Shown here: positions 51,748-64,000 of the stretch, one piece after another
Layout of the letters: every line of letters starts with the position of its first letter
How positions within the stretch are numbered: the stretch's first letter is position 1
Assembly: GCA_002269645.1 (NCBI GenBank)
Contig: NIVC01000973.1
Span: forward strand, 50,444-114,443
DNA length: 64,000 nucleotides
Source of the DNA: Macrostomum lignano
Taxonomy: Eukaryota
Reading direction: 5' to 3'
Notes under the pieces: model-generated
Seen by the model: the letters and a program-made list of their open reading frames with translations, nothing else
Told to the model about the DNA's origin: nothing
Databases searched by the model: none
Program-made: the position numbers and the translations under genes

Positions 51748-54674
51748 TAAAAAGCCAACCAAGTAGATAAAAAGCCAATCAAGTGGATAAAAAGCCAATC
51801 AAGTGGATAAAAAGCCAATCAAGTGGATAAAAAGCCAATCAAGTGGATAAAAAGCCAATCAAGTGGATAAATAGCCAATCAAGTGGATAAAAAGCCAATC
51901 AAGTGGATAAAAAGCCAATCAAGTGGATAAAAAGCCAATCAAGTGGATAAAAAGCCAATCAAGTGGATAAAAATCCAATCAAGTGGATAAAAAGCCAATC
52001 AAGTGGATAAAAAGCCAATCAAGTGGATAAAAAGCCAATCAAGTGGATAAAAAGCCAATCAAGTGGATAAAAATCCAATCAAGTGGATAAAAAGCCAATC
52101 AAGTGGATAAAAAGCCAATCAAGTGGATAAAAAGCCAATCAAGTGGATAAAAAGCCAATCAAGTGGATAAAAAGCAATCAAGTGGATAAAAAGCCAATCA
52201 AGTGGATAAAAAGCCAATCAAGTGGATAAAAAGCCAACCAAGTAGATAAAAAGCCAATCAAGTGGATAAAAAGCCAATCAAGTGGATAAAAAGCCAATCA
52301 AGTGGATAAAAATCCAATCAAGTGGATAAAAAGCCAATCAAGTGGATAAAAAGCCAATCAAGTGGATAAAAAGCCAATCAAGTGGATAAAAAGCAATCAA
52401 GTGGATAAAAAGCCAATCAAGTGGATAAAAAGCCAATCAAGTGGATAAAAAGCCAATCAAGTGGATAAAAAGCCAATCAAGTGGATAAAAAGCCAATCAA
52501 GTGGATAAAAAGCCAATCAAGTGGATAAAAAGCCAATCAAGTGGATAAAAAGCCAATCAAGTGGATAAAAAGCCAATCAAGTGGATAAAAAGCCAATCAA
52601 GTGGATAAAAAGCCAATCAAGTGGATAAAAAGCCAATCAAGTGGATAAAAAGCCAATCAAGTGGATAAAAAGCCAATCAAGTGGATAAAAAGCAATCAAG
52701 TGGATAAAAAGCCAATCAAGTGGATAAAAAGCCAATCAAGTGGATAAAAAGCCAACCAAGTAGATAAAAAGCCAATCAAGTGGATAAAAAGCCAATCAAG
52801 TGGATAAAAAGCCAATCAAGTGGATAAAAATCCAATCAAGTGGATAAAAAGCCAATCAAGTGGATAAAAAGCCAATCAAGTGGATAAAAAGCCAATCAAG
52901 TGGATAAAAAGCAATCAAGTGGATAAAAAGCCAATCAAGTGGATAAAAAGCCAATCAAGTGGATAAAAAGCCAATCAAGTGGATAAAAAGCCAATCAAGT
53001 GGATAAAAAGCCAATCAAGTGGATAAAAAGCCAATCAAGTGGATAAAAAGCCAATCAAGTGGATAAAAAGCCAATCAAGTGGATAAAAAGCCAATCAAGT
53101 GGATAAAAAGCCAATCAAGTGGATAAAAAGCCAATCAAATGGATAAAAAGCAATCAAGTGGATAAAAAGCCAATCAAGTGGATAAAAAGCCAATCAAGTG
53201 GATAAAAAGCCAATCAAGTGGATAAAAAGCCAATCAAGTGGATAAAAAGCCAATCAAGTGGATAAAAAGCCAATCAAGTGGATAAAAAGCCAATCAAGTG
53301 GATAAAAAGCCAATCAAGTGGATAAAAAGCCAATCAAGTGGATAAAAAGCCAACCAAGTAGATAAAAAGCCAATCAAGTGGATAAAAAGCCAATCAAGTG
53401 GATAAAAAGCCAATCAAGTGGATAAAAATCCAATCAAGTGGATAAAAAGCCAATCAAGTGGATAAAAAGCCAATCAAGTGGATAAAAAGCCAATCAAGTG
53501 GATAAAAAGCAATCAAGTGGATAAAAAGCCAATCAAGTGGATAAAAAGCCAATCAAGTGGATAAAAAGCCAATCAAGTGGATAAAAAGCCAATCAAGTGG
53601 ATAAAAAGCCAATCAAGTGGATAAAAAGCCAATCAAGTGGATAAAAAGCCAATCAAGTGGATAAAAAGCCAATCAAGTGGATAAAAAGCCAATCAAATGG
53701 ATAAAAAGCAATCAAGTGGATAAAAAGCCAATCAAGTGGATAAAAAGCCAATCAAGTGGATAAAAAGCCAATCAAGTGGATAAAAAGCCAATCAAGTGGA
53801 TAAAAAGCCAATCAAGTGGATAAAAAGCCAATCAAGTGGATAAAAAGCCAATCAAGTGGATAAAAAGCCAATCAAGTGGATAAAAAGCCAATCAAGTGGA
53901 TAAAAAGCCAATCAAGTGGATAAAAAGCCAATCAAGTGGATAAAAAGCCAATCAAGTGGATAAAAAGCCAATCAAATGGATAAAAAGCAATCAAGTGGAT
54001 AAAAAGCCAATCAAGTGGATAAAAAGCCAATCAAGTGGATAAAAAGCCAATCAAGTGGATAAAAAGCCAATCAAGTGGATAAAAAGCCAATCAAGTGGAT
54101 AAAAAGCCAATCAAGTGGATAAAAAGCCAATCAAGTGGATAAAAAGCAAATAGTGGATAAAAAGCAATCAAGTGGATAAAAAGCCAATCAAGTGGATAAA
54201 AAGCAATCAAGTGGATAAAAAGCAATCAAGTGGATAAAAAGCCAATCAAGTGGATAAAAAGCCAATCAAGTGGATAAAAAGCCAATCAAGTGGATAAAAA
54301 GCCAATCAAGTGGATAAAAAGCCAATCAAGTGGATAAAAAGCCAATCAAGTGGATAAAAAGCCAATCAAGTGGATAAAAAGCCAATCAAGTGGATAAAAA
54401 GCCAATCAAGTGGATAAAAAGCCAATCAAGTGGATAAAAAGCCAATCAAGTGGATAAAAAGCCAATCAAGTGGATAAAAAGCCAATCAAGTGGATAAAAA
54501 GCAATCAAGTGGATAAAAAGCCAATCAAGTGGATAAAAAGCCAATCAAGTGGATAAAAAGCCAATCAAGTGGATAAAAAGCCAATCAAGTGGATAAAAAG
54601 CCAATCAAGTGGATAAAAAGCAAATAGTGGATAAAAAGCAATCAAGTGGATAAAAAGCCAATCAAGTGGATAAA
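51748..54674. repeat. 20-bp satellite (AAGTGGATAAAAAGCCAATC)n, ~146 copies, in intron 4 of the multi-CTLD gene
   Basis: Directly visible. Confidence 0.98.
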
Positions 54675-54948
54675 GAAAATAATTTCTATGATAATTGAGG
54701 GTCAGTACACTTTCAATTCAGTTACCCATGGTTCGTGAAGCATATAAAGGTGCATGCAAAAATGCAGGAACTATGAGTTTTTCACGATCCCGTACATTAT
54801 ATGGCATTCGTGCAAAATATGAGCGTAGTTTAAGTTGTTGCAGAGAGATTTAACCAAATCTCGCGCTCAATTACCTCATATCGGGTCTGAGCTGTAATTT
54901 TCAAAGATTAACTCAATAGTAGCCATGAAACAACTCAACGCCATTCAG

Positions 54949-55543
54949 ACGGACATCTGTCCGCTGTCCAGTCAGCCGCCAAGCGACGCACAGCTGGTCC
55001 GCACTGTAGGCAACCTGTGCTACTACCACACTGGCAGCAGTAAGAGCTTGAGCACTACAACTGATCCAAATGCGGCCTGCGACAGCAGCGGCGGCAAGTA
55101 CAAACCAGCGCTGATTGACGCCGACTACAATAAAGCTAAGAACTACATATTCAGCATCATGGGCTTTGTCGGCACCAGCTGGGAGGCCTGGGTGTGGACT
55201 TCAAATCCGGGGGAGAGTCTCACCAGCACCAATGGCGATCCCATCACCATCACGGTGTCGGGCAGCGGCGGCTACTACATGAACCGGACTGGCAGCCCGT
55301 TCAAAGGCAACTCGAGCGCCTATCGACCAGTCATCTGTCGGAGCGACGCCGAGGTGTGCCCGAGTTCGCTCAACTACTTAAACTACGCTTCGTCAAGCAA
55401 CTCGTGCGTGGCGCTGCAGACGACCGAGGCGAGTCAGGCGGCCTGCGCGACCAACTGCAACGGGCTGGGCGGCGGCTCGCTTGTCCAGCTGGAGTCGCAG
55501 GAGAAGTACGGCCAGGTCCGGGATGTCATACTCATCAATGGAA
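54949..55543 (+). CDS. Multi-CTLD protein exon 5
   Basis: CATTCAG|ACG GAC ATC TGT; ICP..LCYY..AAC..AWVW..VICRS..VCPSS..SCV..CATNCNGLGGGSLVQLESQEK; donor A|GTGAGT. Confidence 0.85.
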
Positions 55544-55689
55544 GTGAGTCAGGGGAGTCAACATGAAGCTGGCATGTGTTCGGTCCGAGGTAGCTTCATC
55601 AGTTTATCGATTTAAATTCAGGAAAAATGCCATTCTTCCTAATCTATGCAATGTAGTTTCTCTAGATTGATTTTCTCAAACCAAGACTC

Positions 55690-56195
55690 TCCTTGGTACT
55701 CGTAAGACTTCATTTAACTCACCACTCACGACTTGACGGTCGGGGTTCGGTTCCCGATCCCATTGGAACAATTGTGTCCTTGAGCAAGACGCTTAACTCT
55801 GCATTGCCTCAGTTCATTCAGCTGTAAAATGGGTGCCAGCATTAGCTGGGGTAATTGAGGGTTGTGTGGCGACCCCCCCCCCCCAGTGCTTGGACTGAAC
55901 AGCCGTATGCAGCCAGGGACTACTCAAACACCGGGACGGGAAACTAGGAATTTTTTACGAGGCTGGTCTTTTATCAGCAGTAGAAAATAACCATAGACAA
56001 CAAAGTAACACAGCATCTCTCTAATGCAAATAATTGCCAGCCAGCCTCGTAAAAAATTTTAGTTTCCCGTCCCGGTGTTTGAGTAGTCCCTGTATGCAGC
56101 CTTCCAGATGTGGCGCGCGATTGCTGCGGCTGAGCTTTCGATTGCACATCTGGCCCAAATGGGGCAGGTGTAATTAAATATTATCATTATTATAC
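55690..56195 (+). mobile_element. CORE-type SINE (tRNA-derived head) interrupted by a MITE
   Basis: B-box-like GGGGTTCGGTTCCC at ~55742; GTGTCCTTGAGCAAGACGCTTAACTC..GCCTCAGTT..CTGTAAAATGGG matches the CORE/MIR domain; ATT-rich tail at ~56175-56193. Ends approximate. Confidence 0.72.
55914..56092. mobile_element. 179-bp hAT-type MITE
   Basis: ~53-bp near-perfect TIRs starting CAGGGACTACTCAAACACCGGGACGGGAAACTA; perfect 8-bp TSD TATGCAGC (55906-55913 and 56093-56100). Confidence 0.93.
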
Positions 56196-56410
56196 CGCAA
56201 GAAATTCGTTCAGAGAACAAACTGCACTTTCACGTTTTCCCGCTTCCAGTACAACCTTATTATTTGAATCCAACACAAACCAGCTTAGAATTTGCATAGA
56301 ATATTACCAAACGAATCTGATGCAATCGCGTTCTATTAATGGCATGCATACTCCATGAGCAGAATCTCACTTGCATTGAATAAAAAATCAGCATCCCGTT
56401 CAATTATCAG

Positions 56411-56568
56411 AGCAGAACCAGGTATTCTGGGTGAACAACGGCACAGAACCGGGAGGCGACTGCTTCGCCCTGCGCGTTGCTACGCCAATGGACAGCTGGA
56501 ACTCCAGCTTGCTTGTCAGGCCCTGTGCGGACCTGTACAACTGCATCTGCGAGAAGCCGTTTATATAG
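56411..56568 (+). CDS. Multi-CTLD protein exon 6 (last; absent from the ORF track)
   Basis: TTATCAG|AG CAG AAC; QVFWVNNGTEPGGDCFAL..WNSSLLVRPCADLYNCICEKPFI*. The six exons sum to 1890 nt = 629 aa + stop. Confidence 0.8.
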
Positions 56569-58329
56569 CTGCCGAATTGCGGATTAAAATTGTGTGTAAC
56601 TCGCATCATTTTTCTTCTCTTTTAGAGTGATGGCTTATTAATGAAAGTTTGTTCTGACTGAAACAAAAACAAAATGAAACTCGATATACGATAGGATTTT
56701 TACCTAGATCGCGATTCTGTCCGATAAGGAAATACGTTTAATAATAATAATATGTGGAAATACCTTACGGAGATAAGAGGTTTCCAATTTTCAGCACAAA
56801 AATTGTTATTGCTTTTGATCTAAAGGAGACCCAATGTTTATCTTTTGATAGCCCTATTATTCAGGAAACTTTTATTGATAAAATTAGATTTCAATGTCAA
56901 TTTTATATTCTACGAGCTACGTACAACCGCACTTTACTGTACCTTAAAAATCATAAAATGGCAAAGCTCGACTCATTGGTTTTTTAAATCTATTCTATCA
57001 TTATTAGCTTAATGACTGTGTAACAAAATGTGTAACAGAGTAACACAGTTTCATGTCCTACTTTAGTAAGTCCTTGATTAGGCACTTTTTGTTACACTTT
57101 TTTTAGACCCTGTGAGATCTTTTTGCTTTTACAGCACAAAACGAACGTCTCTCTTTCTAACGAGCTAAATTTATTTGAAATATGTCGAAAAAATTTTAGG
57201 CTGTGACGAATAAAGGCGGGAAGACGTTTTTGTGTAGCGGGTAATTAGATAGTTCACGATTTAGTTTAGCAGATCGGCAGGCCGCTTCCACCCTTAGACT
57301 TATAGTGTTGCTTAAGACAGCTTAGATTTAGATATAGAAAATTGCTAGGATCGGGATCAGTTGATTAATTAATTGGGCCGAGGTAGGCGGCGGGAGAGTT
57401 GAGGCAAGGAGGCCGGATAGCTAAGGGGTTCGCGAGCCTAGAGCGAGAAGCGAAGCAACGAGGGAGGGAAAGAGCGAGCGGCCGCTGACTGCAAGTGTAA
57501 GCATACTCGTACACTCAACAACATTAAAAAGTCACCACCTTTGAGAGTGCGCAGTAAATTCCAGCTCAGTATTGACTTTTGAGTGACGCAACTTGCGCCA
57601 CGCGATGCAAAGTTGGGCTGGGTGAGGAGGGATTAGGAAGAGCGGAGGGCGAATATCGGATTGACTGAAGCTTTCGCCCGGTTTTCATTGTTTTTTTCAT
57701 TGTTTTTTCAAGCATTTTCAATATCAAAATGGTTGGCCAGGTGATAGACGCTGGTCGAAAGACACTGCTCACTATGGCAAAGGGTGGCGACTTTTCAATG
57801 TTGCTGAGTATATATTTAATTGGTAGGTAAACAGATAACAACAACACCCCTAATCCAAAACCCAGACAAGCCCCCCACGCGCAATGTACATGTACAAATT
57901 AATCGATAAAATACTTGGGGATCTTTGGATTTTGAATGGTCAGCGTCGTTGGAAAGGCAGGGCACTGGAATAGCTAGATGTTCAACGGAATTTTTTGGAG
58001 CACGGCGGGCAAGCAGGGGTCATGCATAGTTGATGGGATTGTACGCTCGTAAGGTGCGCACCACTGGAGCTGGGACAGAGTCACTGCTAGGAGGGAACTC
58101 AGATGCGTCCATACAATCCGCTCTCTGTTGAGGCCGAATTTTTTCTGGTTTTTCTGCTTTTCTGTCGTGTGCAGCATGTACTTGACGAGCTCGTGCAGTG
58201 GGGCAGGCAGCTGAGGGACTGGCTGGTAGACGGAGGTGCAGATCAGTGAAGGGAGGCGAGGTCAGTTAGGATGTAGCGATGCGATAACAACTTTGTCTAT
58301 GGTGGCCTGTTCCGGAGCCGGCCTAGTTT

Positions 58330-58410
58330 TGAAATGCTATTCAAGCGACCGAGTTTGTGTCAGCGTCCGATCCAATGTTGTAGAGCAGGACGGTCTCGAC
58401 TACAGCATAT
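58330..58410 (-). mobile_element. Possible RTE-like non-LTR retrotransposon remnant
   Basis: Hand translation AVVETVLLYN (58406-58377) followed by a frameshifted TLT, resembling the AxVExVLLYxxExWTLT motif C-terminal to the RT; short and degenerate. Confidence 0.4.
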
Positions 58411-59647
58411 ACATGTATCGTCTGATCAGAACAGGTTTGTAATGATGATTAGGTAGGGTCTGACTAAGGAACTAGAGCGAAAGTATATGTACGTATATAA
58501 GCCCCTGACAAGGCAGGAGCGCCGACGCTGCAGAACGTCGAAAACGATGTGAACCAAAATTGTACATGATGTATGTACATTACTCGTATAATACGTGTAG
58601 ATACCTCGACCTCCAGTCGATTTTGATGATTCTGCTGACATCGGTGAAGTTTGGTTGTCGATTGCCATGCAGCGTCTGCGTCCGGGATGTTCATCTCAGT
58701 ATTTACATGTATCACCACGGGTATAACCAGCGCGTTTGAATTCAGCTGTTGCAATTAACTGTGGCCACCCAAAATTACAGCTATGCGAGATAATCCTTGG
58801 TAGATGTTTTTGCGATCGTCTCGTTACAGTAATTTTTTAATACAGTATTACGGTAATTTCTATCATTAATTACATCTAAAATTTTAAAATTTTGGTGATT
58901 GTTAATTTTTCTGTGCTCTTCCCCTCCGGGATTTATATTCTAAAAGCTTATACCCTGAGAAAAAATGTATGCAAGAAGAGGCCTCGCACGCGGAAAAGAC
59001 ATTTTTCAACTGTTGATGCCGCCTAATTACTATAATACATATATTATACATGTAAAACTCTTCAAGTAGCAACTACCAAGTGCATCGATCCCGTCAATTA
59101 TACTTTATTTTTTTCATGTACTTCACAACTTCATGTACGATTATCGTCTTTTTGTCTGGTACCCTAGAGATACAAAATTAGTATTAGAGCAGCACCAAGT
59201 CAGTTCCTGCACATTAAAGCAAGTTGCAACATAAAAATAGAAGCGCAGCATGCAGTTTATGTTGGGTACAGTGCCACTTTGTCGGGAGTAAGGCCTTTAG
59301 TTTGTAAGAAGAAAATTTATAATGTTAGTTAAACAATTTTCTGCCTAATTCTTTTAAAATTGGTTTTATTTAAAAGGTTTTTATAGTTATAACTTTCAAC
59401 TTTGTTTTACTTAAATAAAACAACTTTTAAATTGCGTTTAAGTTTATAAATATTATAAACTTTAGTCGTCTATTATAGTCGTCCAAGTATCGTTAATAAC
59501 TTTTCCGCGTTCTTTCAAATACCATTTTGCAAAACTCGTACTAATCATAATTAAATAACTAGTGCTAAAATATTGTCTCCTATTCCTGAAGCAATCTTAA
59601 ATACATAGAAATATATTGGCCAAACAGGCTTCTTGCCTGAGCCAACT

Positions 59648-59677
59648 TACTACTACTACTACTACTACTACTACTAC
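59648..59677. repeat. (TAC)n microsatellite
   Basis: Directly visible. Confidence 0.9.
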
Positions 59678-61249
59678 ATATTAAGATTGCGAGACGTCCA
59701 GGACCAGGACCAGTAGTAACATTAGTACGGATTAGGTTCAAAGAAGTAACTTCTCAGGCTTAGTTATATAGATTACATTTACCTTGTCCTTAAAACCTCT
59801 AATATTAGACTAAATTTGCCATGGCTCAAAGTGGCTCGTAAGTATATTTCATTTTGAATACTATGAAATATATTTTTTATATAGAAATCATTTGGTAGCA
59901 GCCTAAACAATTTTTTGCTGTAAACTGTATTATATTTAAAAGGGGTATTTTTGCAGATGCCAATAAGATGATAGTCTAGTGCAATTAAAAAATTGGTTGG
60001 CATAGGGCCTAGGCCCAAGGGGAACAGGACACCAAGGCTTATTAAGGTGTTTTGGCAATGTCCTAGTTTCCCACATTAAATTATTTTGACCCAATTTTTG
60101 TATTTTTAGCATAGGCCCTAAATCATGGCTGGACGACCTCAAGCGCTTGTAAATAGCCTATTGTACCTCCTGCCAATTTGTGGCCATCGGGCAATCTCTG
60201 TGACCTTGAGATCAGTCACTGCAATCTGGTACTGTTAACAGTTGATGCTGAGTCGACTATGCATTGGCTGGCGACCTATCATCTAATAGCCAACTCACTC
60301 ACAGAACTGCAGCCACTGTCAGGAAGGCTGACACTTTCTTTTGAAAAATTGCTCTTGTTTGTTTGGTTTCAAATTTTGGGTCAAAATAGGCCTAATTTAA
60401 CATGGGAAAGTAGGACATTGCTAGTGTTTTTACTTATTTATATTTAGTTGGATATAGACATAGTTGAAGGCCATAGTCCATTTTATGCTTAGAGTTACAC
60501 TAGAAGAAAACTGATGAAATGTCATCATTTATACCAGTCTTATGCCATATACTAGGCATAATGCCTAGAGTCTAGATTAAGGAAAGGATTATAGGGCAGT
60601 TTATACAAATAATTTTTTAATTTAAAAAAGTTTTATATTTCTATTTGTATAGGGCGAAATCCAAAAACGTGGGATAAAACAGTAAAACAAATCTGCGGAC
60701 ATTCGATGGAAAGTAATGTATCTAAAAAAGGTTTTTGAAAGATAGATAGGTCTTTAGAAAATAGTTCTGGATAAAAACTATTGTTTTCATGCTTTATATT
60801 GTTGAATAAATAAGAAAAAAACAAAAAAGCATTTTGAAAGTCCGAGTTGACCAATTTGCATTTTTTTGTTTCACTTTTTTCATTATTAAACAATTAATTT
60901 TAAAGACTTGTAGGCCTTAGAGAAGGCTAATTTTTTTACTACTTACAAAACAGAAAGTAATCTGTGTTTTACTTTTTATTCAATTCAAAAAGATGAAGTA
61001 TTTCTAAGGATTTCAAAGTTTTTCTAAAACCATATAAACTCGCAAAAATTCATACTAATATAAAGTGCAAAGTTTGCCAGCAAACATCTTTCTCTAAAAG
61101 TAAATATATTGCTAATTCCTTGTTGCAAAATAATCTTTAAGTTGTTTTCTTTCATTTAAATATCAACTTGCATAGTATTAGTATTTGTAATATGCCTATA
61201 TTTAGACTTAAAAATTTTGGGTAAAAAATGGTACCACAAAATGTGAACC

Positions 61250-61772
61250 CGGTATCCTAATCAGATGCTTACTGTATGCTCATTAAGCAATGAAGAACAA
61301 TGAAATTACACTAAAACATGTATCATCGCGGCGTGTATGCAGGAAAAAAAAGAATTTTCCAAATCGCTTTAGTAGAAGCTGAGTAAAATGCAATTTTCCA
61401 ATCCTTATGGGAATTCCAATGTGTTACCCGGCTTCCAAATCAGATGCTTACTGTATGCTTATTAAGCGACGAAGAACAATGAAATTACATTAAAACATGT
61501 ATCATCGCGGCGTGTATGCAGGAAAAAAAGAATTTTCCAAATCGCTTTAGTAGAAGCTGAGTAAAATGCAATTTTCCAATCCTTATGGGAATTCCAATGT
61601 GTTACCCGGCTTCCAAATCAGATGCTTACTGTATGCTTATTAAGCGACGAAGAATAATGAAATTACACTAAAACATGTATCATCGCGGCGTGTATGCAGG
61701 AAAAAAAGAATTTTCCAAATCGCTTCAGTAGAAGCTGAGTAAAATGCAATTTTCCGATCCTTATGGGAATTT
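61250..61772. repeat. ~179-bp tandem repeat, ~2.9 copies
   Basis: TCAGATGCTTACTGTATGC recurs at 61261, 61440 and 61618. Confidence 0.93.
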
Positions 61773-64000
61773 GTATGTTTAAATAATAAACTTATGTTGA
61801 ATACAATTTATTGCAAACGAACTCTATAAAATACACGTTGTCAAGAGTAACAAAAGTGATAAACAAATAAACCCTTGAAAATAATGTTAAATATGTTGTA
61901 GAATTATAAAGTGTAACATTATAAGATAGTTAAAGTTAATAAAATACATTATTATAGCTTTTCTATCATTTTCATTAGACTCATTTTAGGTTGTAATTAA
62001 ACTTACCATTTTAACAAATCATTTTATTAAAAATAAAGCTATACAAAAATAATTTGTGCTTTAATAGACTTTTTTACTTTTTAAAAACTTGAATAAATTT
62101 ATTTTATTGCTTTATTGCTTTCAAATTGCCAAAAAACGAATTTTCATAAAACTTGCCCCCGATTTTTGGATTTCCCCATAGGAATAGGCCTATTATAATA
62201 GCCCAATTATAGTTATAAATTTATCAATTTATATATATAAGTATTAAACAGATAAAAATGTGAAAGTATTTATGCTATAGCATAATTTCTAGGTTTTAAA
62301 CTTTGTTTTACTTTTTACAAATGATAGTCCTAGGCCTAAAATATATCTATATTTAGTCATTTAATTTTTTTGTTTTCTTTAAATACAAAAAATTACATGA
62401 TCATTGAACACTACACCATAAGATCAAACATCTTTTTTTAAATTTTTATTAAAATCTTTTTTCATTTAAATTTGTCTTAATTTTCTAAAAACTAAGTTAT
62501 GATCATATTATTCAAGAAATCAATACTAAAATAGATAATCATATTTTATAATATTGATCAAAACAACATATAGCATGGTTGATAGATTTGATCTTTATCT
62601 AATTAAGACTTCTTAATATATATTCTAAGTGCTACCTATAGTTTTATGGATATGCCATTTGCATAGAAATATTTTTTGGCTATTGTGGAAGTTGCACAGA
62701 GTGTATAGCCAATAGTTATGCTTTTTACATAGGGGCCCATAAGGCATTGTGACAATAAAGGACATTTTTGAAGTTGCAACAAATGTAAAAAACTTTTTTA
62801 AATAAGCATAATAAAAAGTCTATTATTGGACAAAATTTTATTTTTTCTCTTATATTAATTCATTTTAATAAAATTTGTCACACTTTTTTCTTTCAAACAA
62901 AAAATATCTTTGCTAATTTAGTTTTTGACTTTCAATTTGCTATACGCACTAACTGCTTGACTATATGTCAATAAAAAAGGCTCTATGTTGCAGTTTGTGT
63001 TTGTAGTACAAATTTTTTAAAGCTTGTGTGCCTGGGAATTTTCACCAAAAAAGGCCTTCACAAGACTATGAAGTGCAGCCTTATATATATAAAATATAGC
63101 AAATATATTTAAATCAATTGGATTTTTCTGAAATAAAAATTGTTAATTTAACAAAATAGATATTACTTTTATTCCAAAAATAAAATGTTTTATAAAGTAT
63201 TTATATTTGTTATTAGTGACTTTATTGCTATTTGTTTTAATCTAAACTATATTCAAAATTGCTAAATTAGAATCTTTAAACTTGAAAAATGCAAAAAGAT
63301 CAAGGCTTATAAGAAGAATACTGTCTCTTAAAAATTCTAAGATGTTAAGTCTTATAGGATGAATTATTAGGATATCAAAGCTCATAGATAGATCACTAAA
63401 ATGCTATAGTTTTTCAGCCTCACTTTGGAAAGTTATATATATATGCTAGAAATTTCTGGCTTACTAGTAGATATTTCAATTGTTTTGGCATACCACTTTT
63501 GTACCAACCTTTACTTACTAAAACTTCAAAACTTTGACAAATATAAAGTTATATACACATTGCAAAAAGTAAAAATTAAAAAGTACATGTGCTACTAGAG
63601 TTTCATAGAACTGAAATTTTATTAACAAAACAAATAGTAGTTCTTGGTAGCAATAAATTTTCTATAAGTAAGGTGTGTTAGAAAATTATTGTTATAATAT
63701 TTCTTCAGAAAAAATGAAACAAGTTTCTTCAATCACATTTTTCTTAAAGAACTTTGCAACTATAAGAAAGGTCCTTTATTTTTCAATTGCAGAAAAGTCC
63801 TTTATTGTCAATATTTTTCCAATGAAAGTCAAATCTTGCATGTAGTTTAGTAAAGAAATTATTCCTTTCTTTGTTGCCTCCCTAATAGGCAGCATAAATT
63901 GCTAGCAATCAGTGCCCCTGTTAGGGAGCTAACAAAGAATGGAATATAATTTTTAATAGCTTCTGACCTCAGCCTTGGCATCTCAGCCAATTCTTCCAAA

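Noticed and set aside
59779-60893. Short ORFs in the AT-rich block
   Set aside because: They have non-ATG or weak starts, AT-biased composition and no recognisable motifs.

Overview
Eukaryotic animal genomic DNA, not prokaryotic. The style (GC-rich exons, minisatellite-filled introns) suggests a free-living flatworm such as Macrostomum; this is inference only. I reconstructed five host genes by hand from GT-AG sites and exon phases. (1) An aminergic, tyramine/octopamine-like GPCR: first coding exon at 800-1486 (-), the rest probably left of the window. (2) A single-exon neuropeptide precursor ending in -MRYG, NKY-like, at 9293-9607 (+). (3) A 657-aa DEG/ENaC channel spanning 17352-39716 (-). 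Its last intron holds a 13.6-kb 22-bp satellite, and its 118-nt exon 4 occurs as two identical tandem copies, so including both would frameshift the mRNA. (4) A 484-aa two-pore K+ channel at 43296-46135 (-). (5) A 629-aa secreted protein with a PAN/apple-like domain and four divergent C-type lectin-like domains at 49246-56568 (+). Mobile DNA: a full-length but frameshifted Mag-type Ty3/Gypsy element (12389-16867; AACCG TSD, PBS present, no polypurine tract), a decayed Penelope-like element, a CORE-SINE with a nested hAT MITE, other MITE-like elements and an RTE-like scrap. About 20 different micro/minisatellite arrays fill roughly half the window, and nearly all long ORFs in the supplied track are artefacts of them. 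From about 58.8 kb the sequence turns sharply AT-rich with no recognisable gene. Coordinates were read by eye; repeat edges are approximate.
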